Shown piece after piece: positions 18,278 through 26,599 of a stretch of 32,000 nucleotides of DNA (the first letter of the stretch is position 1; each line of letters starts with the position of its first letter). The stretch is from Bacillus subtilis subsp. subtilis str. 168 (lineage in GTDB: Bacteria; Bacillota; Bacilli; Bacillales; Bacillaceae). The stretch covers positions 1,680,001-1,712,000 of the forward strand of contig NC_000964.3 in assembly GCF_000009045.1 (NCBI RefSeq). The letters run 5' to 3'. A program made the translations under genes and the position numbers. The notes beneath the pieces were generated by a model. The model was given only the letters and a program-made list of their open reading frames with translations, was not told where the DNA came from and searched no databases.

Positions 18278-19741
18278 GTGAAGCTGCTTGAATTAGCCGG
18301 ACCTTTGCTGCAAACCACAACGGGTTCTGCCGCTAAAAACATGAAAAGTAGCCAGGGAGTTTTTCAAAACTGGCTTATGTCTGAGGCTGGATTGAAGGAA
18401 CTTTCAGAACAAGGAAAGGGAACTCCTAATTCTGAAGATCAGCTTTTAGCAGATGCGCTTAAAAAGATCGGTGAATGGCTAAATGCAAGTCCTGAAGATC
18501 AAGACAAACAAAATGCGGATCTTTTGCAAACATTAAGCAAACTGACAGGGAAGCAATTGGATGCGAATGCTCTGCAAATGTTGCAAAATCTTTTGCAAGC
18601 AGTTGAATCAAAAATGTCAGGCGGGACGGATCAATTGCTCACAGAAACGGAGAAAATCTTTTCAGAAGCTAAAACGGCTCTGAGTGCCAATGATTCTGCT
18701 TCTGACATTAATGGAGCACTGAAGTCTGATAAAGAGCAATCAAATCAGGAAAATGAAGTATCCGAGCCTGCAAAAGAGCTTATCTATATCCAGATGTTCA
18801 TTAGCCAGCTCGTAGAAGGGAATAAGCTGACTGATCTCGGGAATGGCAATGAAGCTCATGCCATTTACCAAAATGGAGATCAATTCCTTTCTGCATTAGA
18901 AAAGAAGGGTGTATCTCAACAACTAATTCAGGATCTTAAACAGCAAATATTCACTAAAGCTGAGTCAAGTTCAAAACTTTACTCGATGACAGCGTCAGAG
19001 CTGAAAAGTTTTCAAAGCTTAATGGATCAAATGTCTATGCTTCCTCAAAAAGGGACCAAAGAATGGAGTTTAGCTGAAAGCCAGCTGAAAGCCTTCTTGT
19101 TATCGAAATCATCCGAATCATCACAAGACTTTGGGAAGAGTGTTCTCACACCGCTCTCGCAGAGTTCATCCAGCAAAAATGCATCGGATGTTTCTGGAAG
19201 TATTCAGCCTGTAGATAGTAAATCAGGACTCCAAATGCTGTTTTCGGGGTATCGGGGCATAGGAGGAGTTCAAACACTTGATCTGCAGCAGATGTCATCT
19301 GATATACCAAATGCCGAAACAAAAACGGTGGCTGATCAAGTGATTAATGCGTGGAAGCAGATGAAATATACGCCTTTCGGCAGATCGACGGGAAGTTTCA
19401 CTATTCGGCTGAACCCTGAACATTTAGGATTTGTCACAATCAAGCTGACAAATGAAAATGGAATGTTTCAGAGTAAAATCATAGCATCTAGCCAATCAGC
19501 AAAAGAATTGCTTGAACAGCATCTTCCTCAGCTGAAGCAATCATTGCCGAATATGGCCGTCCAAATTGACCGTTTTACTCTTCCGGTCCAAAGCGGGGAT
19601 CAGCCGATATACGGCCAGCTTGCTGATGAACAGAAACAGCAGCAAGAGGGGCAGAGACAGCAAAGACAGAAAAAGCAATCAAATGATTTTGGCGATCTGC
19701 TCGATGAAGTGTCGATGGTTGAAATGGAGGAAGAAGAATGA
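18278..19741 (+). CDS. fliK: Flagellar hook-length control protein FliK
   Basis: 487 aa with a GTG start. Long low-complexity S/Q/K/E-rich ruler region, a C-terminal Flg_hook domain (FTIRLNPEHLGFVTIKLTNENGMFQSKIIASS) and a Q-rich tail. Confidence 0.9.
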   Translation: MKLLELAGPLLQTTTGSAAKNMKSSQGVFQNWLMSEAGLKELSEQGKGTPNSEDQLLADALKKIGEWLNASPEDQDKQNADLLQTLSKLTGKQLDANALQMLQNLLQAVESKMSGGTDQLLTETEKIFSEAKTALSANDSASDINGALKSDKEQSNQENEVSEPAKELIYIQMFISQLVEGNKLTDLGNGNEAHAIYQNGDQFLSALEKKGVSQQLIQDLKQQIFTKAESSSKLYSMTASELKSFQSLMDQMSMLPQKGTKEWSLAESQLKAFLLSKSSESSQDFGKSVLTPLSQSSSSKNASDVSGSIQPVDSKSGLQMLFSGYRGIGGVQTLDLQQMSSDIPNAETKTVADQVINAWKQMKYTPFGRSTGSFTIRLNPEHLGFVTIKLTNENGMFQSKIIASSQSAKELLEQHLPQLKQSLPNMAVQIDRFTLPVQSGDQPIYGQLADEQKQQQEGQRQQRQKKQSNDFGDLLDEVSMVEMEEEE

Positions 19742-20160
19742 CTTCTATAAGTTCAGAATATAAACTGCCTGAAAAAACGAACACTGTGTCGACGAACAAC
19801 AGCAGCTTGGGGAAAGACGAGTTTTTAAAAATATTAATGACTCAAGTTCAAAACCAAGATCCGCTTAACCCGATTGACGATAAAGAATTTATCAGCCAGA
19901 TGGCGACTTTTTCAAGCTTGGAGCAAATGATGAATCTGAATACGACAATGACTCAATTCGTTGAAAACCAAGATCCGTTTACAACGTATGTTGATTGGAT
20001 GGGAAAAGAAGTATCTTGGACTGATGGTAAAAGTGCAACAGATAAAACAGGCACAGTAAGCTCTGTTAAACATTTTAAAGGAAATTATTATCTCGTTCTT
20101 GATGATGGGACCGAGATCAGTCCTGCGAATGTCATGTCTGTGGGACAATCATCTAAATAA
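19738..20160 (+). CDS. flgD: Flagellar hook capping/assembly protein FlgD (formerly YlxG)
   Basis: 140 aa with the FlgD N-terminal motif LGKDEFLKILMTQVQNQDPLNPIDDKEFISQMATFSSLEQ. The ATG overlaps the fliK stop (ATGA). Confidence 0.92.
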   Translation: MTSISSEYKLPEKTNTVSTNNSSLGKDEFLKILMTQVQNQDPLNPIDDKEFISQMATFSSLEQMMNLNTTMTQFVENQDPFTTYVDWMGKEVSWTDGKSATDKTGTVSSVKHFKGNYYLVLDDGTEISPANVMSVGQSSK

Positions 20161-20181
20161 AAACATCTGGGGGAATATATT

Positions 20182-20976
20182 ATGTTACGTTCACTTTATT
20201 CTGGAATCAGCGGTATGAAAAACTTTCAAACAAAGCTTGACGTAATCGGTAACAACATTGCCAACGTAAATACAGTAGGATTCAAAAAGAGCCGTGTGAC
20301 CTTTAAAGATATGGTAAGCCAAACGATTGCCGGCGGTTCTGCTGCTGGTGCAACAATCGGCGGAACAAACTCTAAGCAAATCGGTTTAGGTTCATCATCT
20401 GGCACAATTGATACAATTCATTCAACAAGCGCGACACAAAGCACAGGAAGAACACTTGATTTAGCAATTGACGGCGACGGTTACTTCCGAATTGATACAG
20501 GTGACGGGACAGCTTATACAAGAGCAGGGAACTTCTATTTAGATAATACTGGAACACTGGTTACAGGTGATGGCTACCATGTACTAAATATGAATGGCGG
20601 AACAATTAAAATTCCTACTGATGCTCAAAGCTTTAGCATTGGTTCTGATGGAAAGGTGTCAATTGTTGATGCTGAGGGGAAAACACAAGACGGGGGACAA
20701 ATCGGGATTGTTACTTTTGCCAACAGTGATGGATTGGATAAAATCGGAAGCAACCTATACCGTGAATCTTTAAACTCTGGAACGGCCAGTGCAGCGAACC
20801 AGCCTGGTGACGGCGGAACTGGTGCTCTTAAATCAGGATTTCTCGAAATGTCTAACGTCGATTTAACTGACGAATTTACTGAAATGATCGTAGCCCAGCG
20901 CGGATTCCAATCAAACTCAAAAATTATTACAACATCTGATGAAATCCTTCAAGAACTGGTTAACCTTAAACGTTAA
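20182..20976 (+). CDS. flgE: Flagellar hook protein FlgE (historically annotated flgG)
   Basis: 264 aa. Starts MLRSLYSGISGMKNFQTKLDVIGNNIANVNTVGFKKSRV and has the C-terminal motif FLEMSNVDLTDEFTEMIVAQRGFQSNSKIITTSDEILQELVNLKR. Confidence 0.93.
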   Translation: MLRSLYSGISGMKNFQTKLDVIGNNIANVNTVGFKKSRVTFKDMVSQTIAGGSAAGATIGGTNSKQIGLGSSSGTIDTIHSTSATQSTGRTLDLAIDGDGYFRIDTGDGTAYTRAGNFYLDNTGTLVTGDGYHVLNMNGGTIKIPTDAQSFSIGSDGKVSIVDAEGKTQDGGQIGIVTFANSDGLDKIGSNLYRESLNSGTASAANQPGDGGTGALKSGFLEMSNVDLTDEFTEMIVAQRGFQSNSKIITTSDEILQELVNLKR

Positions 20977-20983
20977 GGAGGGA

Positions 20984-21007
20984 GGGGAGGCGAGTAATCG
21001 CTTCTCC
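20984..21007 (+). other. Intergenic RNA hairpin between flgE and swrD
   Basis: 10-bp stem, 20984-20993 (GGGGAGGCGA) with 20998-21007 (TCGCTTCTCC), including 2 G-U pairs. GTAA tetraloop. Followed by GCTGTTTT and then the swrD ATG. Confidence 0.55.
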
Positions 21008-21015
21008 GCTGTTTT

Positions 21016-21231
21016 ATGATTAAAGTAACCCGTTTGAACGGGCAGCCCTTTACACTGAATGCGCTATTTATTGAACAGATTGAATGTTTTCCGGATACTA
21101 CAATTACTCTGTCAAATGGTAAGAAGTTTGTAGTAAAAGAAGATGAAGAAGCTGTTCTGGAAAAGATCGCAGCTTTCTACCGAAAAATACAAATATTTGC
21201 AATGGATCAAGGAATAGAGGAACCGGAATGA
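21016..21231 (+). CDS. swrD: FlbD-family flagellar protein SwrD (YlzI)
   Basis: 71 aa. Starts [42 protein letters not shown], which is typical FlbD. Confidence 0.9.
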
Positions 21232-21650
21232 AGAAAAAGTTAATGATCATATTACTAATTATTCTTATCGTAATTGGTGCTCTCGGGGCGGCGGCTTATT
21301 TTGTTTTAGGCGGAAAGTCCGAAAAAAGTGAAGCGAAAAAAAGTATTGATGAAATCGTTGCGTCTTCTGTTGATGTAGAAGAGATCACAACAAATTTAAA
21401 GTCTGATAACATTATCCGTCTTGCTATTAAACTTGAAACTGATTCTGATAAATCAAAAGAAGAACTTGAGAAACGTGATTTCCAAGTGAAAGACGCTGTT
21501 ATATCACTGCTGGCTGATACGAATGCTGATCAGATTGAGGGAGACAAGGGAAAAGAAACCTTTAAGAAGGAACTAAAAGATAAAATAAATAGCTACCTCC
21601 AAGAAGGAAAAGTAGAAAAAGTGTATATTACCTCCTTTAATCTGCAATAA
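21228..21650 (+). CDS. fliL: Flagellar basal body-associated protein FliL
   Basis: 140 aa. A single N-terminal TM ([23 protein letters not shown]) followed by a FliL periplasmic domain. The ATG overlaps the swrD stop (ATGA). Confidence 0.92.
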
Positions 21651-21683
21651 AGCATAATTTGACAGAATACGGAGGTGAGGAAA

Positions 21684-22682
21684 ATGTCAGGAGAAGTTCT
21701 CTCCCAAAATGAAATAGATGCACTGCTCTCTGCAATATCAACTGGTGAAATGGACGCTGAAGAGCTGAAAAAAGAAGAAAAAGAGAAGAAAGTCAAGGTT
21801 TATGATTTCAAACGTGCGCTGCGGTTTTCTAAGGATCAGATCCGCAGTTTAACGAGAATTCATGACAATTTTGCAAGACTTCTTACCACTCATTTTTCTG
21901 CTCAGCTCAGAACCTATATTCACATATCTGTCAGTTCTGTTGATCAGGTTCCGTATGAGGAATTTATCAGATCGATTCCAAACATGACGATTCTGAATCT
22001 ATTTGATGTTCATCCGATGGAAGGAAGAATTATGATGGAGGTCAACCCCACGATAGCTTATACGATGATGGATCGAGTCATGGGCGGGATTGGAATCAGT
22101 CATAACAAGGTTGACAGTTTGACAGAAATTGAAACAAAAATCATTTCTAATTTATTTGAAAATGCACTGGGTAATTATAAAGAAGCTTGGCAGTCAATTG
22201 CTGATATTGAACCGGAAATGACTGAGTTTGAAGTGAATCCGCAATTTGTTCAGATGGTATCTCCTAATGAAACAGTCGTGGTGATCTCGCTCAATACTCA
22301 AATTGGTGAAATCAGCGGTGTCATTAATCTCTGTATCCCGCATATTGTACTCGAGCCGCTCATACCGAAGCTTTCAGTCCACTATTGGATGCAATCAGAC
22401 CGAAATGAGCCAAAGCCTGAGGAAACAAAGTCGCTTGAAAAACGTATCATGACAGCACAAATACCTGTCGTGGCCGAGCTCGGCACATCTGAACTGACGA
22501 TAGAAGAGTTTTTAAGTTTAGAAGTCGGAGACTGCATAACTTTGGACAAATCAGTCACGGATCCTCTTACTGTATTGGTCGGAGATAAGCCGAAATTTTT
22601 AGGACAAGCCGGCCGGGTGAATCGAAAACAGGCAGTGCAAATTTTAGATCACGACATAAGAGGTGAACAAGATGGAGAATAA
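21684..22682 (+). CDS. fliM: Flagellar motor switch protein FliM
   Basis: Starts MSGEVLSQNEIDALLSA (CheY-P binding peptide), then a CheC-like middle domain and a C-terminal SpoA domain. GGAGGTGAGG at 21671-21680 serves ATG 21684 (332 aa); the track GTG 21675 lies inside the SD. Confidence 0.96.
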   Translation: MSGEVLSQNEIDALLSAISTGEMDAEELKKEEKEKKVKVYDFKRALRFSKDQIRSLTRIHDNFARLLTTHFSAQLRTYIHISVSSVDQVPYEEFIRSIPNMTILNLFDVHPMEGRIMMEVNPTIAYTMMDRVMGGIGISHNKVDSLTEIETKIISNLFENALGNYKEAWQSIADIEPEMTEFEVNPQFVQMVSPNETVVVISLNTQIGEISGVINLCIPHIVLEPLIPKLSVHYWMQSDRNEPKPEETKSLEKRIMTAQIPVVAELGTSELTIEEFLSLEVGDCITLDKSVTDPLTVLVGDKPKFLGQAGRVNRKQAVQILDHDIRGEQDGE

Positions 22683-23808
22683 TAGATTATCTCAAGATGA
22701 GATTGACGCGCTTCTTAACGGTACTGGCAGCACGCTTGATGAGCCAGAGATTCCGGAAGTAGATGACTTATCGGAAATGGAGCGTGATGCGATCGGTGAA
22801 ATCGGTAATATTTCATTCGGCAGTTCTGCGACAGCACTGTCAACGCTTTTAAATCAAAAGGTCGATATTACGACTCCAAGCGTAACGGTCATTCCAAGAA
22901 GTAAAATCAGCGATGCGTTTCCTGAACCGTATGTAGCGATTGAAGTGAATTATACGGAGGGCTTCAGCGGAAGCAACCTGTTAGTCGTGGAACAAAGTGA
23001 CGCGGCGATCATTGCGGACTTAATGATCGGGGGAGACGGAAAAGGTGCGGACCCTTCACTGGGTGAAATCCATTTAAGTGCGGTTCAAGAAGCAATGAAC
23101 CAAATGATGGGATCGGCTGCCACATCAATGTCTACTGTATTCAGTAAAAAAATTGATATTTCACCTCCTCGGGTTGAATTGCTGGATGTTACTGAAGAAA
23201 AGGGTACAGACCGTATTCCTGATGATGAAATGCTGGTGAAAGTTTCTTTCAACTTAAAGGTGGGAGAATTAATAGACTCCAGCATTATGCAACTTTACCC
23301 ATTGACATTTGCGAAAGATTTAATTTCAAGCCTTATGAACTCAGAAAGTGCAGAGGAAGAAGAAACGGTGCAGCCTGAAGTTACATACGAACAGCCGAAA
23401 GAGCCTGTGACGCCAGAGCCGCGTATTGAACCGAAGCAACAGCAGCAGCCGCCAAAAAGGCAGGGAACAGCAAAAAAAGCAGCGCCAGTTCAGGTTTCAC
23501 CGGTGGAATTTTCCGCGTTTGATCCAAACGAAGCTGTACAAGCCCCTATTCATAATCTGGATATGCTTTTGGATATCCCGCTTTCGATTACTGTTGAGCT
23601 TGGCAGAACGAAGAGAAGCGTAAAAGAGATTTTAGAGCTTTCTGCCGGAAGTATTATCGAGCTTGATAAATTAGCCGGTGAGCCTGTAGATATTTTAGTT
23701 AATCAGCGTATCGTTGCCAAAGGCGAGGTCGTTGTCATTGAAGAAAACTTCGGAGTGAGAGTCACTGACATTTTAAGCCAGGCAGAGCGCATTAATAATT
23801 TAAAATAA
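22672..23808 (+). CDS. fliY: Flagellar switch protein / CheY-P phosphatase FliY (CheC-like domain fused to a FliN domain)
   Basis: Starts MENNRLSQDEIDALLNG. Contains CheC-type sites (ERDAIGEIGNISFGSSATAL, HLSAVQEAMNQMMGSAATSM), a P/E/Q-rich linker and a C-terminal FliN/SpoA domain (LLDIPLSITVELGRTKRSV...). Overlaps the fliM end by 11 nt. Confidence 0.95.
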   Translation: MENNRLSQDEIDALLNGTGSTLDEPEIPEVDDLSEMERDAIGEIGNISFGSSATALSTLLNQKVDITTPSVTVIPRSKISDAFPEPYVAIEVNYTEGFSGSNLLVVEQSDAAIIADLMIGGDGKGADPSLGEIHLSAVQEAMNQMMGSAATSMSTVFSKKIDISPPRVELLDVTEEKGTDRIPDDEMLVKVSFNLKVGELIDSSIMQLYPLTFAKDLISSLMNSESAEEEETVQPEVTYEQPKEPVTPEPRIEPKQQQQPPKRQGTAKKAAPVQVSPVEFSAFDPNEAVQAPIHNLDMLLDIPLSITVELGRTKRSVKEILELSAGSIIELDKLAGEPVDILVNQRIVAKGEVVVIEENFGVRVTDILSQAERINNLK

Positions 23809-23833
23809 CGAAACACAAGGAGAGAGATAGATT

Positions 23834-24196
23834 ATGGCACATAGAATTTTAATTGTAGATGACGCAGCATTTATGCGAATGATGATTAAAGATATTTTGG
23901 TTAAAAATGGTTTTGAAGTTGTGGCGGAAGCTGAAAATGGAGCACAAGCGGTAGAGAAATATAAAGAGCATTCACCTGACCTTGTTACTATGGATATCAC
24001 GATGCCAGAAATGGATGGTATTACAGCATTAAAAGAAATTAAACAAATTGATGCGCAGGCAAGAATCATCATGTGTTCTGCTATGGGACAGCAATCAATG
24101 GTTATTGATGCCATTCAGGCCGGCGCTAAGGATTTCATTGTGAAACCTTTCCAGGCTGACCGTGTGCTTGAAGCAATCAACAAAACATTAAATTAA
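23834..24196 (+). CDS. cheY: Chemotaxis response regulator CheY
   Basis: 120 aa, a single receiver domain. Has ILIVDDAAFMR, the phospho-acceptor context LVTMDITMPEMDG, and KDFIVKPF. Confidence 0.97.
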   Translation: MAHRILIVDDAAFMRMMIKDILVKNGFEVVAEAENGAQAVEKYKEHSPDLVTMDITMPEMDGITALKEIKQIDAQARIIMCSAMGQQSMVIDAIQAGAKDFIVKPFQADRVLEAINKTLN

Positions 24197-24210
24197 AGGG
24201 TGTACGACTG

Positions 24211-24870
24211 TTGAAAAAGAGTCAATATTTTATTGTTTTTATTTGTTTTTTCGTTTTATTCAGTGTACATCCGATTGCTGCTGCCGCGGCAGACTCTGAT
24301 AATTCAACTGTAAACGAATGGTTTCAAAAGAAAGATGAAAAAACTGCAGATCAATCAGAGCAAAAGAAAGAAAAAACAACAAAAACTGCTGATGAGACGG
24401 AGGGAGCGGCTGCTCCTTCTGTCTCAGCTTTTGATTTTGTAAAGATGATTTTCGCTTTACTGTTTGTTATCGTGCTGATTTACGGGCTGGTTAAGCTCAT
24501 GAACAAAAGAAATCGGCTCCTAAAGCCTTTTCAATATGTTGAAAATATTGGCGGCACATCGGTCGGTCAGAACAGATCCATACAATTGATCAAGGTCGGG
24601 AAAAGTGTGCTCGTCGTCGGTGTAGGAGAGACGATCCAGCTGCTGAAAGAAATTGAGGATGAAAAAGAGATTGAAGTCATTCTCAGTCAGCATGAAGAGG
24701 CAATGTCAAGCAAAATAGAGTGGCAAAAGTTTGTGAAGCCGCTTAAGAGTTCTGAACATCAGCCGCAGCAAAAACTGCCTTCATTTTCAAAAGCATTAAA
24801 AGAGCAACTTGAAGAGTTAAAACAAAACCGTTCTGAAGGAAAGAAGAAAGGCCCACGTCATCATGAATGA
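24211..24870 (+). CDS. fliZ: Flagellar export apparatus protein FliZ (FliO family)
   Basis: 219 aa with a TTG start. Signal-peptide-like N-terminus (FIVFICFFVLFSVHPIAAAAADSD), a central TM (FVKMIFALLFVIVLIYGLVKL) and a FliO core (IGGTSVGQNRSIQLIKVGKSVLVVGVGE). Confidence 0.88.
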   Translation: MKKSQYFIVFICFFVLFSVHPIAAAAADSDNSTVNEWFQKKDEKTADQSEQKKEKTTKTADETEGAAAPSVSAFDFVKMIFALLFVIVLIYGLVKLMNKRNRLLKPFQYVENIGGTSVGQNRSIQLIKVGKSVLVVGVGETIQLLKEIEDEKEIEVILSQHEEAMSSKIEWQKFVKPLKSSEHQPQQKLPSFSKALKEQLEELKQNRSEGKKKGPRHHE

Positions 24871-25528
24871 GTTTATAAATATTTTCAGTTCAAGCGATCC
24901 GGAAAACGTAAGTTCGACTGTTAAATTACTATTATTGTTAACTGTATTTTCAGTGGCGCCTGGAATATTGATTCTTATGACTTGTTTTACTCGCATCGTC
25001 ATTGTTCTGTCATTTGTCAGAACTTCACTTGCGACGCAATCTATGCCCCCAAACCAGGTTCTAATCGGGCTTGCGCTGTTTTTAACATTTTTTATTATGG
25101 CTCCTACTTTTTCAGAAATTAATAAAGAAGCGCTGACCCCATTAATGGACAACAAAATCAGCTTGGATGAAGCGTATACGAAAGCTGAGGAACCGATTAA
25201 AGAATTTATGAGTAAACACACAAGGCAGAAGGATCTGGCGCTGTTTATGAATTACGCGAAAATGGATAAACCTGAATCATTAAAGGATATTCCGTTAACA
25301 ACAATGGTTCCGGCTTTTGCCATATCGGAGCTTAAAACAGCATTTCAAATAGGTTTTATGATTTTTATCCCTTTTTTAATTATAGATATGGTAGTGGCGA
25401 GCGTCTTGATGTCAATGGGAATGATGATGCTGCCTCCAGTTATGATTTCTCTGCCCTTTAAAATATTACTTTTTGTTTTGGTAGACGGCTGGTATTTAAT
25501 TGTGAAATCTTTGCTTCAGAGCTTTTAG
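24863..25528 (+). CDS. fliP: Flagellar type III export gate protein FliP
   Basis: 221 aa. Conserved FliP blocks (FTRIVIVLSFVRTSLATQSMPPNQVLIGLALFLTFFIM, FMIFIPFLIIDMVVASVLMSMGMMMLPP). Overlaps fliZ by 8 nt. Confidence 0.96.
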   Translation: MNEFINIFSSSDPENVSSTVKLLLLLTVFSVAPGILILMTCFTRIVIVLSFVRTSLATQSMPPNQVLIGLALFLTFFIMAPTFSEINKEALTPLMDNKISLDEAYTKAEEPIKEFMSKHTRQKDLALFMNYAKMDKPESLKDIPLTTMVPAFAISELKTAFQIGFMIFIPFLIIDMVVASVLMSMGMMMLPPVMISLPFKILLFVLVDGWYLIVKSLLQSF

Positions 25529-25542
25529 GGTAGGTGCTAAAC

Positions 25543-25812
25543 GTGAGTTCAGAATTTGTAATTTCTATGGCGGAAAAAGCCGTATACGTAACGCTGATGA
25601 TCAGCGGGCCATTATTGGCTATTGCTTTACTGGTCGGTTTAATTGTCAGCATATTTCAGGCGACAACTCAAATCCAGGAACAGACTTTGGCGTTTATTCC
25701 GAAAATCGTGGCGGTTCTCCTGGCTCTCATTTTTTTTGGTCCGTGGATGCTGTCGACGATTCTTTCATTTACAACAGAGCTGTTTTCTAATTTAAATCGT
25801 TTTGCAGGGTAA
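25543..25812 (+). CDS. fliQ: Flagellar type III export gate protein FliQ
   Basis: 89 aa from GTG 25543, with AGGTG at 25532-25536 six nt upstream. Two-TM FliQ sequence (GPLLAIALLVGLIVSIFQATTQIQEQTLAFIPKI). Confidence 0.93.
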   Translation: MSSEFVISMAEKAVYVTLMISGPLLAIALLVGLIVSIFQATTQIQEQTLAFIPKIVAVLLALIFFGPWMLSTILSFTTELFSNLNRFAG

Positions 25813-25819
25813 TGTAGAG

Positions 25820-26599
25820 ATGAATTCAATTATTGACTTATTTCCTGCTTTTTTATTGGTTTTTATTAGAATCTCTGCTTTTTTTGTAACGATTCCGCTA
25901 TTTGGACATCGAAATGTGCCAGCTGTTCATCGCATAGGTTTTGCTTTTTTTCTTGCGGTCATTTGTTTCAGCACCATTGATAAACCGCCCTCTTTGGAGA
26001 TAGATGAGCACTATATGCTTTTGGCGTTTAAAGAAGCTTTGGTCGGCCTATGTCTGGGTTTAATTGCTTATATGATGATTGCCGCAGTGCAGATTGCCGG
26101 CTCGTTTATTGATTTTCAAATGGGATTTTCAATAGCAAACGTTATTGATCCGCAAACCGGTGCACAAAGTCCGTTGATTGGCCAGTTTATCTATACGATG
26201 GCACTTTTGTTTATGCTGAGTGTCAATGCCCACCATTTGTTGCTGGATGGTATTTACTACAGCTTTCAGTATATTTCAGTTGATCAGGCATTTCCGAATT
26301 TCGGCGATGAAAAGTTTGCCTATTTTATTGCGAAAAGCTTTAATGCAATGTTTATTATCGCTTTTCAAATGTCAGCGCCGGTTGTGGCCAGTTTGTTTCT
26401 AGTTGATTTAGCATTAGGTATCGTGGCTCGAACTGTTCCGCAGTTAAATGTATTTGTGGTCGGTCTGCCTTTAAAGATCGCTGTCAGTTTCATTATGCTC
26501 ATTGTATGTATGTCCGTTATCTTCGTCGTTGTCCGGAATGTTTTCAGTTTAACGATTGAAACGATGCGGAATCTTTTAGCATTGGTCGGTGTTTCTTAA
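25820..26599 (+). CDS. fliR: Flagellar type III export gate protein FliR
   Basis: 259 aa from ATG 25820 (MNSIIDLFPAFLLVFIRISAFFVTIPLFG). Polytopic membrane protein. The stop overlaps the flhB start (TAATG). Confidence 0.94.
   Translation: MNSIIDLFPAFLLVFIRISAFFVTIPLFGHRNVPAVHRIGFAFFLAVICFSTIDKPPSLEIDEHYMLLAFKEALVGLCLGLIAYMMIAAVQIAGSFIDFQMGFSIANVIDPQTGAQSPLIGQFIYTMALLFMLSVNAHHLLLDGIYYSFQYISVDQAFPNFGDEKFAYFIAKSFNAMFIIAFQMSAPVVASLFLVDLALGIVARTVPQLNVFVVGLPLKIAVSFIMLIVCMSVIFVVVRNVFSLTIETMRNLLALVGVS

Noticed and set aside
19603-19610. Exact sigma-D -10 consensus GCCGATAT inside the 3' end of fliK.
   Set aside because: There is no TAAA-like -35 at the required spacing of about 15 nt (the sequence there is CGGT, and the nearest CAAA is only 10 nt away). 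The match lies in coding sequence with no downstream gene start that needs it, so it is probably a chance occurrence.
23330-23560. Possible internal translation start in fliY producing a separate FliN-only product, by analogy with SpaO and YscQ.
   Set aside because: I found no in-frame ATG, GTG or TTG with a convincing SD in the linker or at the start of the SpoA domain. The Met in NLDMLLDIP has no purine-rich tract upstream.
24817-25221. 134-aa minus-strand ORF antisense to fliZ/fliP. The ORFs at 23800-24114, 12423-12692 and 26544-26795 (all minus) fall in the same class.
   Set aside because: All are contained within or straddle well-supported + strand genes, and none has translation signals or family resemblance.
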